Of a DNA stretch of 64,000 nucleotides, positions 1 through 12,323 are shown piece by piece. The DNA is from Chlorokybus atmophyticus (lineage: Eukaryota; Plantae; Mesostigma and Chlorokybus algae). The stretch lies in NCBI GenBank assembly GCA_009103225.1, contig RHPI01002161.1:68145-132144 (forward strand), written 5' to 3'. The notes under the pieces are model-generated. The model was not told where the DNA came from. It made no database searches and saw nothing but the letters and a program-made list of their open reading frames with translations. The number at the start of each line of letters is the position of its first letter. Position 1 is the first letter of the stretch. A program made the position numbers and the translations under genes.

Positions 1-1543
1 GGGGGGCAAACACAAGGGTTCAACCCTTAACCAAGCATACTCTACCTTTACACATCGCAATGTGAAAAAGCCATTCAGCATGTGTATAAAACCTTTTATG
101 TGCTATGTGTGAAAGGCTTTTTAGCTGAATTTGAATACACGCAGTATAAATGGCTTACATTCATGCAATGGATTGTGTGTGCATTGTATACATGTATCAG
201 TTGCAAGCATGTTAAATATCTATATTGCAAGTTGCTTTCATAACAGACTAATTATGTGGCCATAATAAGATGACATTTTGTTGTGAGCCCTCTATGCGCT
301 TTCCACGTCATGGAAACAAAACTAGACCTATGCCTACAACAAAGGCAGTGCACGATCAACGGCTCAACACTGTCAATGCAGCTTTCGGGTAACTTTCGGG
401 TACCCGGCCGGAGCGCGCATTGCTGATTTTTGCTGCGCCTGATTTTCGCGGGTGCGGCCACTCATGCTGCACTGGCCGCGTGAGTGACCGATGATTGCAA
501 TCCGCATGTAAAACTTTCAGCGACTTCACCAATCCTGCCAAGGCCTCAGGATACGGTCAGCACCTCGACGCTAACACCGCAACCGGACATTCTACCGGCA
601 ATCATATTTCCCTACTGTGGATTGCGGGTATTGCCTACAGCTGTGACAGCATACCGGTTGGAGACCGGCAACTAGGTGGTTGGGCTGAGAGCCACTGTAA
701 TTCTTGCTACTCCTGACGACTGTGATCAACGATATGCAATCGATGGCCATAGTTGCGCTGTGCAGGGCGTCACGGTGCACAGACCGAAACGCCCCCCGAA
801 AAAGAACGCAAGTGTTCGAGCAGAACAATCAGTCCTTGGATCAACAGTCGAGCACGATTACTTTCGCCTTTTAACGGGGCCGTCCGACAACTGCGCTCGA
901 CGTTTGACAAGTCGATCAACGAGGCCATGAATCGCGATTCACCCTCCATCATGAGGCTCCATGCATGTTCTTGCCCTGGGGCCCAGACCACCGGCAAAAC
1001 TCATGAGAGAAGTGCGACCGACATTTGACCTGTCAGTGCAATGCAGAACGAAGAGCTTGATATTGACCTGTCAGAGCGGTTTTCATCGAGCGGAAAGGAA
1101 AGCAACGAGCAGCGTAACGAAAGCAGTCCGGGCAAAAAGTGCTCGGCTAGGCCGAGTTGGCGTGCCTCGCTGTAACCACACAACGCTTTTCCGCTTTTTG
1201 GGCCCCTTTTTCGCGTTGTTCCTGCTTCGGCGCGACCGAATCGCTTGTCAGTCAATCCGACTCGCCCGGTCCCACGGCCAAATCCACGGGTCTGCTGCAG
1301 CTTATTACGCGCACACCCTAGCGACGGCGGCGACGGTGGTGGTGGAGGACCAGGAGAGGCTCGCGGCGGTTGTGGAGGAGTGGGGCCAGCAGGTGCGCCG
1401 GTGCGCTACGGAGCGTGAGGTGTTGGAGGCGAGGGCGGGGCAAGGCGAGGCAACAAGGCGCCTTGGTCTGTGCAGCGGCCTGGGGCTAGCTAGGGTTTGT
1501 GCAAGGGGGAGGAGCGTGGCTGAGTTGGTCGAGGTGAGCCATC

Positions 1544-3440
1544 ATGGCTGCGGCGGCAGTGGCGGCCGTGGGGCCGTCCGCCGCTATGCCGGGACCAGGG
1601 TTGCGCCCGCGCCCAGTCGCGGCGGGCCCGGGCCCCGTCATTGGCGGTATGCCTCACCCCGCAGTGGCGCAGCCAGCAATAGCTGCTGAGGCCAGGGTGG
1701 GAGTGCCATCCACGGCAGGGGCAGGGGCAGGGGCAGGGGCGGGGGCGGCAGTGGCTGGCACTCTATCCCCGCCGCCAGGGGCGACCGCAAACGCCGCAGC
1801 AGCCAAGAACGCGGACGGGACTGCCGGGCCCAACCCGCTAGCAGCCAGGGGCCAGTTCTTGGATGAGGCGACGTTTCAGCGGCTGGCTGCCGGGCTGCCT
1901 CCGGAGGCCGACACCGTGCCACTCAAGCAGCCGTTGATACCCGCCTTTCTCGCCAATGCCTTTGGCATCGCCGATGCCTCCTCCTACGTTGAAAGAAGGT
2001 CTGTGTGCTGCTTGGGCTGCTTTTGCTGGCTTGGTGGTCTTTGCTTGCTCTGTTACGAACGACTGGTACTAGTGAGGCAGGCCTGTGTTGCAGCATAGCC
2101 TAATGTAGTCACATAGCAAATCCTTTTGGAGCTCAGCATTGTGCAGCGCATTGTCTTGGTATGCCATGACATGCCAACAATGTCTCCTGTTGTACTGATT
2201 TGTACTTGTGTAACGATTATGCGTTGGTGTTGGCAGAGAGGAATCTATGCCCGCACACCCTGCATCAATGCCTGCAAAGCCCAGCGCTGCGTTTGCGATG
2301 CCTCCCCCACGCTATACCGAGGCGGAGCCGCAGGCCGGTCCGGTGCCGGCACTGGACATGCGGGAAGCTCCGTCGTACATCCCCCCACCGTACGGTTATG
2401 CGCGACCGCAGCTACCCCCTGTGGGAGCGTCCCCGTACGCTCCCTATGCTGCTCCCGCACCTCCTCCCACATTCATGCCCGGCGTGTACCCGACGCCCTC
2501 CATGTATGCTTCAATGGCTGATGCGCGCGGGGCGGGTGATGTTGGAGCTGCAGCTGCCCAACCGGGTGACCAGCCCTCTGTGGCCCCGTGGGCCGGGTTG
2601 GCCCACATGGACACGACTCGCAGCTTTGGGGCTGGTGTGTCGGGGCCGGCTGCCGATGGCGTTGAGGCCAGTGGTCATAGCAGCGGCAGTGCCGGGAAGC
2701 GGTCTCGAGAGGACGCTCAGCTTGACAATGACATGACCAGTAGTCAAAGGGATGCCAGCCACATGAGCGGGGGCGAAGCTGCGCCTTCAGGTACTTTTTC
2801 GTGTTGTCTAGTGCATCTGTAATGCCTTCACCTCCTATTCATTGGCACTAACACAATGTCATTATCTTGCCTGGCAGGCGCGCAATCAGATAGTGCTCTC
2901 AAAAGGGCAAGGCTGGTATGGACACCGCAACTGCACAAGCGCTTTGTAAACGCCGTTGCTCATCTAGGCATCAACAACGCTGTGCCCAAGATGATTATGC
3001 AGGTTCGTACTCAGCGCTAATGGCATGAGCAGGTCTGGCCCATTACAGACAAGCTTGTATTTTACAACAATGACCATATCTATTGCCTTGAACAGCTTAT
3101 GAATGTGGACGGGTTGACACGCGAGAATGTGGCAAGCCATCTTCAGAAGTATCGCTTGTACCTGAAACGAATGCAAGGTAAGCAGCACATGTATGTCGTC
3201 GTATTTCTGTCGGGAGGGTTGTGCCATGCTATTATATCAGCATTGAAGTGCTCTTTGGCGGTCATTGTGTAGCAGTTAGCAGGCCAAGGTTTGCGTGCAT
3301 TCCGCGATAACAGCAGCACTGACCTGTGGCTCTGTTCTGCAGACTCCGAGTCCATGCCAAGCAGTGCCAGTGCAAACCCTGTGCAAGATGGCCATGTGGT
3401 CGGTGGTTTCTCTAACCGGCAACATATAAGCGCGAATTAG
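1544..3440 (+). CDS. LUX: LUX ARRHYTHMO/PCL1-like GARP (Myb-like, SHLQKY) transcription factor, 5 exons
   Basis: Exons 1544-1998, 2237-2790, 2878-3002, 3096-3177 and 3343-3440 join in frame via GT-AG. GARP domain '[34 protein letters not shown]|[27 protein letters not shown]'. N-terminal '[25 protein letters not shown]' resembles the LUX-specific LP..L.PL.Q.LI...LA.AF.I motif. Confidence 0.85.
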
Positions 3441-5309
3441 TTGGTAGTAGGCTCTCGAGCACAATGCGTCTTTTGCACCTGTAGCCTGTGGGCAAGGCCA
3501 AACAGCGCGGTGTATCATATGCATGCTCTCTGGATGGCGGCATGCTTGCGAGACTGAAGGCAGTTTACTACATTAGTATTGGAGGCCTTATGTATATAGT
3601 ACCTTTATTGCTGGTAAGCCTGTTGTATTGTGCGCAGAGAGGTTGCAATCAGATTAGTAGTTTGTCAGCATGAAGTGCAGAAACTAGCTCTTGACAGTCT
3701 TATGGTATCAGGGTCATGAATGATATCCAGGCCGAACAGCACGCGGTACTGTGTGATGGATGTGTTGCTCACAACATTCCATCCTCTGCATGCAGTCACT
3801 CATCAGCGGTTTCGCACCAAGTCCCCCCAAGCACTGTTGTTGATGTAGATGGTCGTGGCTTACTAGGCCAGGGGAGCAACAGGAGCCAGTGGTTGTTGGC
3901 GTCACTGACGACAAGGTTGCTGGCGGGAGCAATCATTGCCCAGCAATGTCACTGGCGGTTGTGACCGGTCGTGCTGTATGTTGTACAACATATAGGATGC
4001 AGGGATTATGCTCTGCTAGGTATGGCGGATGGAGAACACACCTGACAGGCACACCATGTCCATATACCATAATAGAGATGATTATCGTTTGTGCGGTAAG
4101 CGTATGAGGTGTGGTGAAATGCGCAGTGCTAGATATGGAGGAAAAAAGTGATAGGCACACCATGCCAAGCAGACACATGCCATAAAAAGATAAGCATCGT
4201 TTGTGCGGTGTGCATATGAAGCCTGGTGATCGATAACAAGTGCAGCACGTGTGAAGTCCGTGTCTCACAAGGCGGATGGGATACATCTGGTGAGTGTAAG
4301 GGGGTATGCATAACCTTTGTGCAACATGTTAGTTATGCTCCCTGCCTGCTCGTGTTAACCACCACGCCTTTGCATTTGCACATAGTGCATTGCAGCATGT
4401 AGTCTACAACCTTGTGTAATTGAACGCCTGCCCCTGCCTTGTCTGCCTTGTTCGTTGCCGGCTTTATGCTTGCTGCTTTACATGTGCATATGTTTGTATG
4501 TGCACGAATGTGCATTATCGACCCATATCTATACCATATGCATGCCCAATGGCACGAGCGATGGAGCTGACAAAGTGTTGTAAATATGATAATCTTTTGG
4601 GGGGCGATATATTCTACCCATTCGAATGGAGACTATGGCCATTTGTGAACTCCACTCCACTCCTTCGATAGGACTTTCATTGCCTGCTGCGGCTGTGGCC
4701 GCTGTGCGCGAAACCGTCTTGCGTGATGGCCAAATTGGCGGCAGCAGGTGTGGACAAAAAGTGTTGGTCAGAGGGCTTCTTGCAACTAGCCCGACATCCC
4801 ATGACCTGCAGGGCGCGCATCATCATAGAGGAAACATCCGCGATCGCCGCAATGCCGGCTAGGGGCCATTGCCGACGAACCCGCCGACCACGGAGGCGGA
4901 CCTGGCGTTGGCAATGGCATGAAAGACGAGGGTGCAAAAGGCGTGCGTGTAAAGGCGGATGAGAAGGCCCTCCACGCTCGGGGCGTAAGCATGCCATGCA
5001 AAGCACAGGCTGTGCTAGCTTTCGATGTGCATGCACATGTGTGTAGTGTTAGCTGTATTGCCATAATAGCGAGCATCACCACCATGGTATTGTTATGTGA
5101 GACACGCAATGTTGTGGTATAGCTATTAATGTTTAGGCTGTCAATGATAAAAGATATTCAACTTTGTTAGCGTCTCATTTATTTCGCTATTCTCTATGTC
5201 GATGCATTGCGTGCAACCGGGAAAGTTCGGTTGCCCTACCGCGGCAGTTGGCGCTTGGTGCATGCGCGTCATATTTTTCCTTTGCGCACGGTACCCTACT
5301 AGTCAATGG

Positions 5310-5830
5310 GTGTTAATGATAGTGATAGTAACAGGGATAGGGCTTAAGATAGGGACACTACTAGTATTAGTTGTAGTGATAGTGGTAGTGGTAGTGATGA
5401 TGCTAGTGATAGATATGGTGATAGTGGTAATGGTAGTGATGGGGCGAGTGATAGTTGAAGGGATAGTGGTATCGGTAGTGATAATAATAGTGATAATAAT
5501 AGGGAATGGCTCAAGACAGGGAAAGTACTAGTGACAGTTGTAGTGATAGTGGTAAATTCAATGACAAGGGTAGTGATAACGTATTGTAATGTAGTTTAAT
5601 TGCAGTGATAGTGGTAAGGACAACAATAGTGATAGTGATTATATATATACTAGTAGTAAGAGTAGTGGTAACCGATTGTGGTAATATCTTAGTTTGTAGT
5701 GATAATGGTAATGTTAGTTGTAGTGATAGTAATATACATGGTAAAGATAGTGATAACTTGACGCGATATGATGCTAGTTGTAGTGATAGTGATAGTGACA
5801 TGGTAGAACCAATAGCAGCATAGTGATTAT
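5310..5830. repeat. Degenerate AGT/GAT/GGT low-complexity tract
   Basis: About 520 bp of gtgata/gtagtg/gataat variants with no continuous ORF. Confidence 0.8.
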
Positions 5831-6397
5831 TATGGCGGCTGAGAATACGAGCGCCAATTGCTAATTAGATCACTATGTCCCAATATCCTAATTCATTATA
5901 TTAAAATGATATATAAGATTGATTTGATTAGTTGATTGGTTACTTTCAGCCTCCCTCCTGGTTTTAACATGTCTACTGCGGTGACACAATATTAAAAGTG
6001 TTAAAACCATTCCATCACGTGTAATTTGTTGAACGCAACTTACCATAGCGCAACTTTATAATAACTTTTATTGCTGCCAGAATTGATTGCCATTTGTTGC
6101 AGGGCTCAGTTGACTTACTGCATAAATGTATTGCATGCTTGTGTAAAATTTGATGTGAAAACCGCTTGTTATTGATACATGCGAAAATGTCGCGTTTTAA
6201 GCACAACGTTATTCTACGCACACATTGAGTGTGCTGCATTGTGTTTTTTGGGTTTTTAATGACTGTTGTAATGCATTATTTAGGTTTCTTTGATACGGTC
6301 GCTTATATAAAAGCAAAAATGCAAATGGGAATAAGAATACACACATGCATGATTGCTGTAAGAGTTTTTTTTGGGTGGTGGGGGGGGGGGGGGGGGG

Positions 6398-6454
6398 NNN
6401 NNNNNNNNNNNNNNNNNNNNNNNNNNNNNNNNNNNNNNNNNNNNNNNNNNNNNN
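6398..6454. other. Assembly gap (57 N) flanked by poly-G
   Basis: Run of N with G homopolymers on both sides. Confidence 0.99.
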
Positions 6455-6585
6455 GGGGCTCTGATGTGCTATAGCGCAAGACGTTTAGGACTAGATTGCT
6501 ACTACTCGGACCAACCAACCAACGATAACATACAACATACACCCAACCCGAAGTACAGCAGGCAGGTAGGAGGGGAGGGGCAGGG

Positions 6586-7648
6586 TGTAACGTGGCTACT
6601 AGTTATGCTCTAAGTGCTTGGACATATGTGAGATAGACAAACAACAAGCATGTATGCTTGCTGCTACAAGGTAGACATTTTGTGTGGAACAGTTAGCCAC
6701 CTATGTCTATATTGTAGATGTTAACATCTTTTATGTAGGTGTTTATCAGACAGACAATGATGTGGGCTACTTAGCCACAAATGTCTAATATGTAGTGTCT
6801 ATATTGTATACAAAGAAAACTAGGAAGACAAGTATGCTAATATCTAATACATAATTGCGGGTATCTTACATATAAATGTGAATAACATACCTTTGATCTT
6901 GATATCACACGGACGTATGTTTGAAGAATATTGGAAGAGTCAAGCATAGATATCACACACAAGGGCGTGGATATTTTAGCAATGATGTTCACACTGTACA
7001 AGACACTGTGGACATTACACGTGCACTTATCTAGAAAATGCTAGAAGAGGCAAATGCGGGTATCGCACGGAAGTACGCTGGTATTGTAGACTGCAATATT
7101 AATATCACAGAGATTGGTTTTACAAACTGTGGTGACGAGACTGTGTGGCCAATACCATGAGATTATAGTACAATCTCATTGGTTGCTCATACTTGGAGTA
7201 AGATATCCTTGAAGGTGATTGGTGTGAGCCTAGTAAGGGCAAGTGCAAGAGTGCTTGTCACAAGATGGTTGGCGGCTTTAGATTACACTAGGGTCCGAAT
7301 GAGGCACCATTGCTGGGAACACCCACGACCCTTAAGTGACTAGATAAGGCAATGGGGGTATATAAGTGAGCATGCTTAGTAGGCAAAGCATTGAAGACTT
7401 GGTCCTACCTTGCCTTGGCGTGCTCGCTCGTGTGGGACTTCACGTGGGGTGTTCGCGTGAGAGGCCGTTCAAGGGGGTGTAAAAGCTCTTCAACCTCAAG
7501 GTGTGGACGTGTGTCCTTGTGTAGCACTTGTGTGTGAGTGTATGCACGGTTTGAGCATGCTTGCACTTGTATGTGAGTGCTTGCACGAAGTAGAGTGCAT
7601 GACCCTTATAGGTGAGAGCTAAGTGCTTAAGCTTAGGGTGGCGTTACA
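6586..7648. mobile_element. Solo LTR (1063 bp) with 5-bp TSD CAGGG
   Basis: Starts TGTAACG and ends CGTTACA (7-bp terminal inverted repeat). CAGGG lies at 6581-6585 and 7649-7653. TATATAAG at ~7359. No internal coding region. Confidence 0.85.
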
Positions 7649-8961
7649 CAGGGGAAGCAGACAAGTCAGGCAAACCACCTGCGCAGCAGGCGTGGAGAAT
7701 TTGGCCGGGTTCTCAGCATCACGCAACAAGGACAAGGACACCTTGGAGGACGACCTGACAAACAACGGACTAGGCCCCAGCCGCCAAGAGTCCGCACAGC
7801 TCTTTGCGTACCTGTCACATCATGTATAGTGTATAAAAGATGACAATGCATGCAGACACTTTGTACGTACGATGTTGTGTGTTGCAACGGCCACACGTGT
7901 AAGACAACATATGCTTGACACGGCATACAAGCATGGTAGCATGATAGCATAGCAATGGCACATGAACACATCATTCAACAAGCATGAGCATAGCAGCATG
8001 GCATCATAGCAGTGACTTGCATGCGGGCAGGCAACCTGCTCCCCACACTTACTTACGTGAGTGCTTACCCGCACTTGCATATGTTGCTGGTCTGATGTTC
8101 TATGTACGAGGTGAGTAGTTTTTATAGGTACCGCCAAAGATCACCTCTGTCTGCCTTTGTGATCCACTTGCACAACACTCATAACGGCATTTGCTTGTTA
8201 TATCATAATCCAGCATAGCCCATTACAATGACACCATCCTGTCCTGCAGGAAATGTGAGAGATAGGTAGATAACCGTGGAGGTAACCTCAAGAAGCGAAT
8301 GCACGGTGAAACTACCCCAAACTTGAAAACCTTGATACTGTCGTGGGGTAGACACGATTATCGCGTGCCATGTATTAAAAAGTGATAAATGCAGTAATTA
8401 CCCATGTACTATATTCCGCATTTAACAACTGGTTATACATACATATGCGTTGATTGGGCCAAGCCCCTGCCCAAGCCTTACCTGAACTGCCTTGTTGTTA
8501 GTTGGTGCTTGCTTGCGTGCGTACTTGTATGCTATGTATTTGTCTTATTGATAAGCCTATATTCATATATGTATTATGATGTACATTGCATATATGTGCA
8601 CTGATGTCATTAGCACGCGGTCGCAATGTAACAGTGACTCACTATTGTGCGGCATACCAAGAATTTGGCTCAGATGTGTCAGTCGTCCAAGGCTCGTGGT
8701 GATCATGCGTTACTTATACTTTAGTAATTGTATCAGTACTTTTATCACTTGACATTGTTTGCATTCCGAAAACGACTCTAGCTTGCCAAGGTCCGCAGCG
8801 AAAGAGCTTGCTCAGCCGTGCGCGGGCAACACTGCCAGCCTCATCTTTTCTCTCTGGAGCTCGCCTGCCAGGGCGGCCTGCCAGCCGCCTTGGGCCGCCC
8901 TGGTCAAGTTGAGCTGCTGGTCTTTGGCACCCGTGCATTGCATGCAAGTGTTTGCTAGCTA

Positions 8962-8991
<30 letters not shown>

Positions 8992-8995
<4 letters not shown>

Positions 8996-9048
8996 ATGGC
9001 TTCTTACTACACACGCACTCTATGCGCGTGTAGTAAGAAGCCATGACG
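8992..9048 (+). promoter_or_regulatory. Perfect 21-bp hairpin containing a 16-codon uORF (8996-9046) whose TGA overlaps the main ATG (9043)
   Basis: Arms 8992-9012 (cgtcatggcttcttactacac) and 9028-9048 are exact reverse complements. The uORF reads MASYYTRTLCACSKKP* and ends in the A-TGA overlap. A (CT)n tract lies just upstream. Confidence 0.8.
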
Positions 9049-11355
9049 GAGCCAGTCAGAGCTTCAGCAACGCCCTGGTGGCTTGTTGTCATCGCCTTGC
9101 TGGCCATGCATGCTGGCACAGCCCAGGCCAGCATTTTCCGCTACAGCTTCATGTCCTGGCGCAAAGACCCTAACGGAGGCCCTTACGACGTCATCATCGC
9201 CATCACCCAGGTATGTAGTGTCATGGAAGTTGAGTTAAGCGTATGCCAACTCTGTGCACACAACCCTCACAGACATGCTTGAACCTCAGAGCTGGAGGTT
9301 GAGCGTTCTCTTCAATGTGCAGTCCCCCGGCGACAGCTTCTCCCCGGCTTTTCTTGAAGGCAATTTTGTCGATGAGTCCAGTTTTGAAGTAGGGCTCTTT
9401 GTCACGTCGCTCAACTATAACCGGGACATCGTAGAAGGCACAAATCAGGTCAAACACACACACGCACGCGCGCGTGCGTGCGTGCGTCCTAATGCACACG
9501 CACCTGAGACTGACTTGCATTTCTTCTGGCAGTTTTATAAGAGTTTCGCTGAGCCGGGTCCGCACACAGTACATATGGATGACTGTTGCAGAATATCAAG
9601 CCTCGCCAACTCAGCGAACAGCCCATTCCTTTTACAGATGGTGATCGACATGAACACCGGCAACATTGGCGGCGTGGTCTCCACCTCACCACCTATCATC
9701 CAGATGGCTGGCTCGGGTGAGCCCAACACCATCCAGCTTCCTGTGCATGACCCAGACATGGACTCCTTTACATGCCGGCTTGCTACATTAGACGAGTTTC
9801 GCATACCCGACTCCACCCCGAGCTCAACCGGCACGTTGACCGTATCACGCTCGTGCGTGTTGGAGTGGCGCACGGACGGGACGCAAGTGGGTGAGTTGTA
9901 CGCCGTGCAGGTGATGATCAAGGAGCGTCACGCCGGCAACAACCCCGCTAAGCAAACGTTGGACTTCGTCGTGGAGATGTGAGTGCTGAGGACATCTCCC
10001 ACAGAGTCTTAGCAACCTGTGTGCAGCTTCGATGACCCGCTCCCGCCACAATGCATGTTGGATGAAGTCACTGGAGTTGCGCGCTGCTGCTGTTACACAC
10101 GTACCCGTGGGAGATGTCCTCACCCTCAGCATCATCGCCGTATCCGACACAAACCTCACTCCTGTCTACTCCGTCAAGCCTTCCTTCCCGGACGGCGTGT
10201 TGGACATCAACCCACCCGCGGGTGTTGCGGTGGATGCGCTTCCACTCGTCACAACAACCACATCCGCGGACACCGACACAGGGCGTGAAGGAGACCTTCC
10301 AGCGAGGATCGGGGGTCAAAGAGCGCAGAGAAACCACATGCTCTTTCACCATCCACGTGCAAGGTGCATGCGTGTGTGTGTGCATGTGTGTATCTCTGCT
10401 TGTTGCATCTGTCTTGGTGGTATGACTGTGACTTACACTCAGTATCCTCTGCAGAGTTCTGTTTTGGTAGATTGGATGAGACGCCCTGCACGGATGGCGA
10501 GTGTCAGGCCGGAGTCTGTGAGGTGGGTGCAAGGTATTGTGTGTGTCTGTGTCTGTAACTGATGCAACTGTGATTGACTCGTTCTTGTGCTTCTGCTCAG
10601 CTGCGGACACCGCCGCCACCACCGCCATCACCACCACCACCATCGCCCCCACCTGCTCGTGATGGTAAGTGCAATGTGGAAGGGACGCAGTAGCTATGCA
10701 AATCCTTATGAGATTGCATGTCATAAATGTCACTTGGTGAGGTCACCAATGTTGTGTATCTGACTGACTGTGTGTATCCACACAATCTGCAAGCCAGGCT
10801 GCCAGCCTGTGGCTGGTGGCCAACGCTGCTGTCCTGCAAATTGCGATGCGACCATGGCTTTTATGAACAAGTAAGTCGCCATTGCTGTGAGTGTGAATGC
10901 TGTGTGCATGCATGCAACTTGCAACAACTAACTGGCTCGCTCCCTCTGTGCAGAAGCGTCTCAATGGCGACAGCTGGTGCAAGTCCTTCTGCTCGAGGCC
11001 GGTGTCCACGGGGCTGTGGAAGACGCCCCCGCTGCACCGCATCAATCACCGGATTAACCGCGTCCCCCCGACGCCGACACATGCTGCCACGAGTGCAAGA
11101 GCAACAACGCATGCACTTATTGGGCATACTACACCGGTGACGGCCGCTAAAGCAAAGTATGCATAGTGGATCATCAGATGTGACAGCACGCACATGCGCG
11201 CATACACATGTATGCATGCGTGGCTCACAACTGCTGACTGACCGCAGGTGTGCAAGCTCTTGCGTAGCGGGGCGTCTGGACCGGGCTGGGGTCCGATCCA
11301 GACGGCGGCGCCAACGGCGAAAGCGGACGCTGTGCTGGCAGCTGCGGCAGAGTAG
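9043..11355 (+). CDS. Secreted modular protein: signal peptide, Sib/integrin-beta-like N-domain, Cys-rich module, SPPPP linker, PAN/apple-like module; apparent frameshifts, possibly a pseudogene
   Basis: Signal peptide 'WWLVVIALLAMHAGTAQA'. Motifs 'SIFRYSFMSW', 'DDCCRISSLAN', 'DPDMDSFTCRLA' and 'SCVLEW'. Small exons 'EFCFGRLDETPCTDGECQAGVCE' and 'PPPPPPSPPPPSPPP'. PAN-like 'DTCCHECKSNNACTYWAYY'. The 3' exon structure is uncertain. Confidence 0.6.
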
Positions 11356-12323
11356 TTGTAGTAGTGTGGCGTGCTTGCATGCCGCTGACATGCGTGTGAG
11401 TATGCTTGTGCAATGATAGGCAGGGATGACAGTACATAGCTTGGTGTGACGATTTTGCTGTTAGTAGAGAGATAGATCTTTCGTAGCGGGAAGAGTGCCA
11501 ACACGTGTTACGGCGACGCTCAGCTTGACATGAGCGACAATGCATGGATTGCTGGCAAGCTGTGCAAGCAGCGGCAGAGCAGCATCTCTGTCTGCAATGT
11601 CTCTACAAGCTGCAACCAGCGCATACCCACTTAGCACCATTTACAGTAGGACAGTAGTATCAATATGGCACTGCTTAGCTTGAGCTTACAGCTCGGCTGT
11701 GATGGGTGCTAAGAAACTACAAGCGCCAGCCAGTCCGAGTGGGGTACATAAGTTGGATACAATAGTTGTGTTTGGACAGCATTCAATGCCATATTCAATG
11801 CCTTTACGTGTGATGCTCTCGATTGATGACATCCACGTGTCTATTGCTTCAGCTGCGCTAGAGTTGGACAACTTCGTCGGGAATGTTGTCCTGCTTTTGC
11901 TGCGCAAATACCTTTTGCACAGCCAAGATACACAAACAGCTCAAAAGCTGCAGCTAACATCACTTGCGTTATCTTATGAATGGGCCAGTCCTAAACCACT
12001 TGTGGTAAAACCAGCAGCATAACATCATGCCAGCTACTTTGTTTTTTAAAACCACAGCTTCCCAAATGAAATGCACACAATCATCCCAATACACCATTCC
12101 CAACCAGCACACCAGACAAGGCCATGCAGTAGAGAATCTATTGGAAATAGATATATTACAAACCAGAAACCACCTGATTTGACTGTCAGTTTGCTTTAAA
12201 GACCTACTAACCCAATTCAGATCGCTAGTTCAGACACATCATCGGGGCGGGTGATGGGGGGGACACAAGCAGGCGGGGAGAGTCAGACACAAAAACCCAC
12301 TCAATCAAGAAGGTTGCCTGTGT

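Noticed and set aside
214-221. AAATATCT evening-element core ~1.3 kb upstream of LUX
   Set aside because: The ninth base mismatches AAAATATCT, it is a single distant copy in AT-rich DNA, and chance occurrence is likely.
4620-5122. Short GC-rich ORFs downstream of LUX
   Set aside because: No recognisable motif or consistent splice structure; possibly decayed repeat sequence.
8240-8754. Possible second solo LTR (TG..CA)
   Set aside because: No terminal inverted repeat and no matching TSD.
10066-10075. A 10-nt GT..AG that would fix the first frameshift in the secreted gene
   Set aside because: Far too short for a spliceosomal intron.
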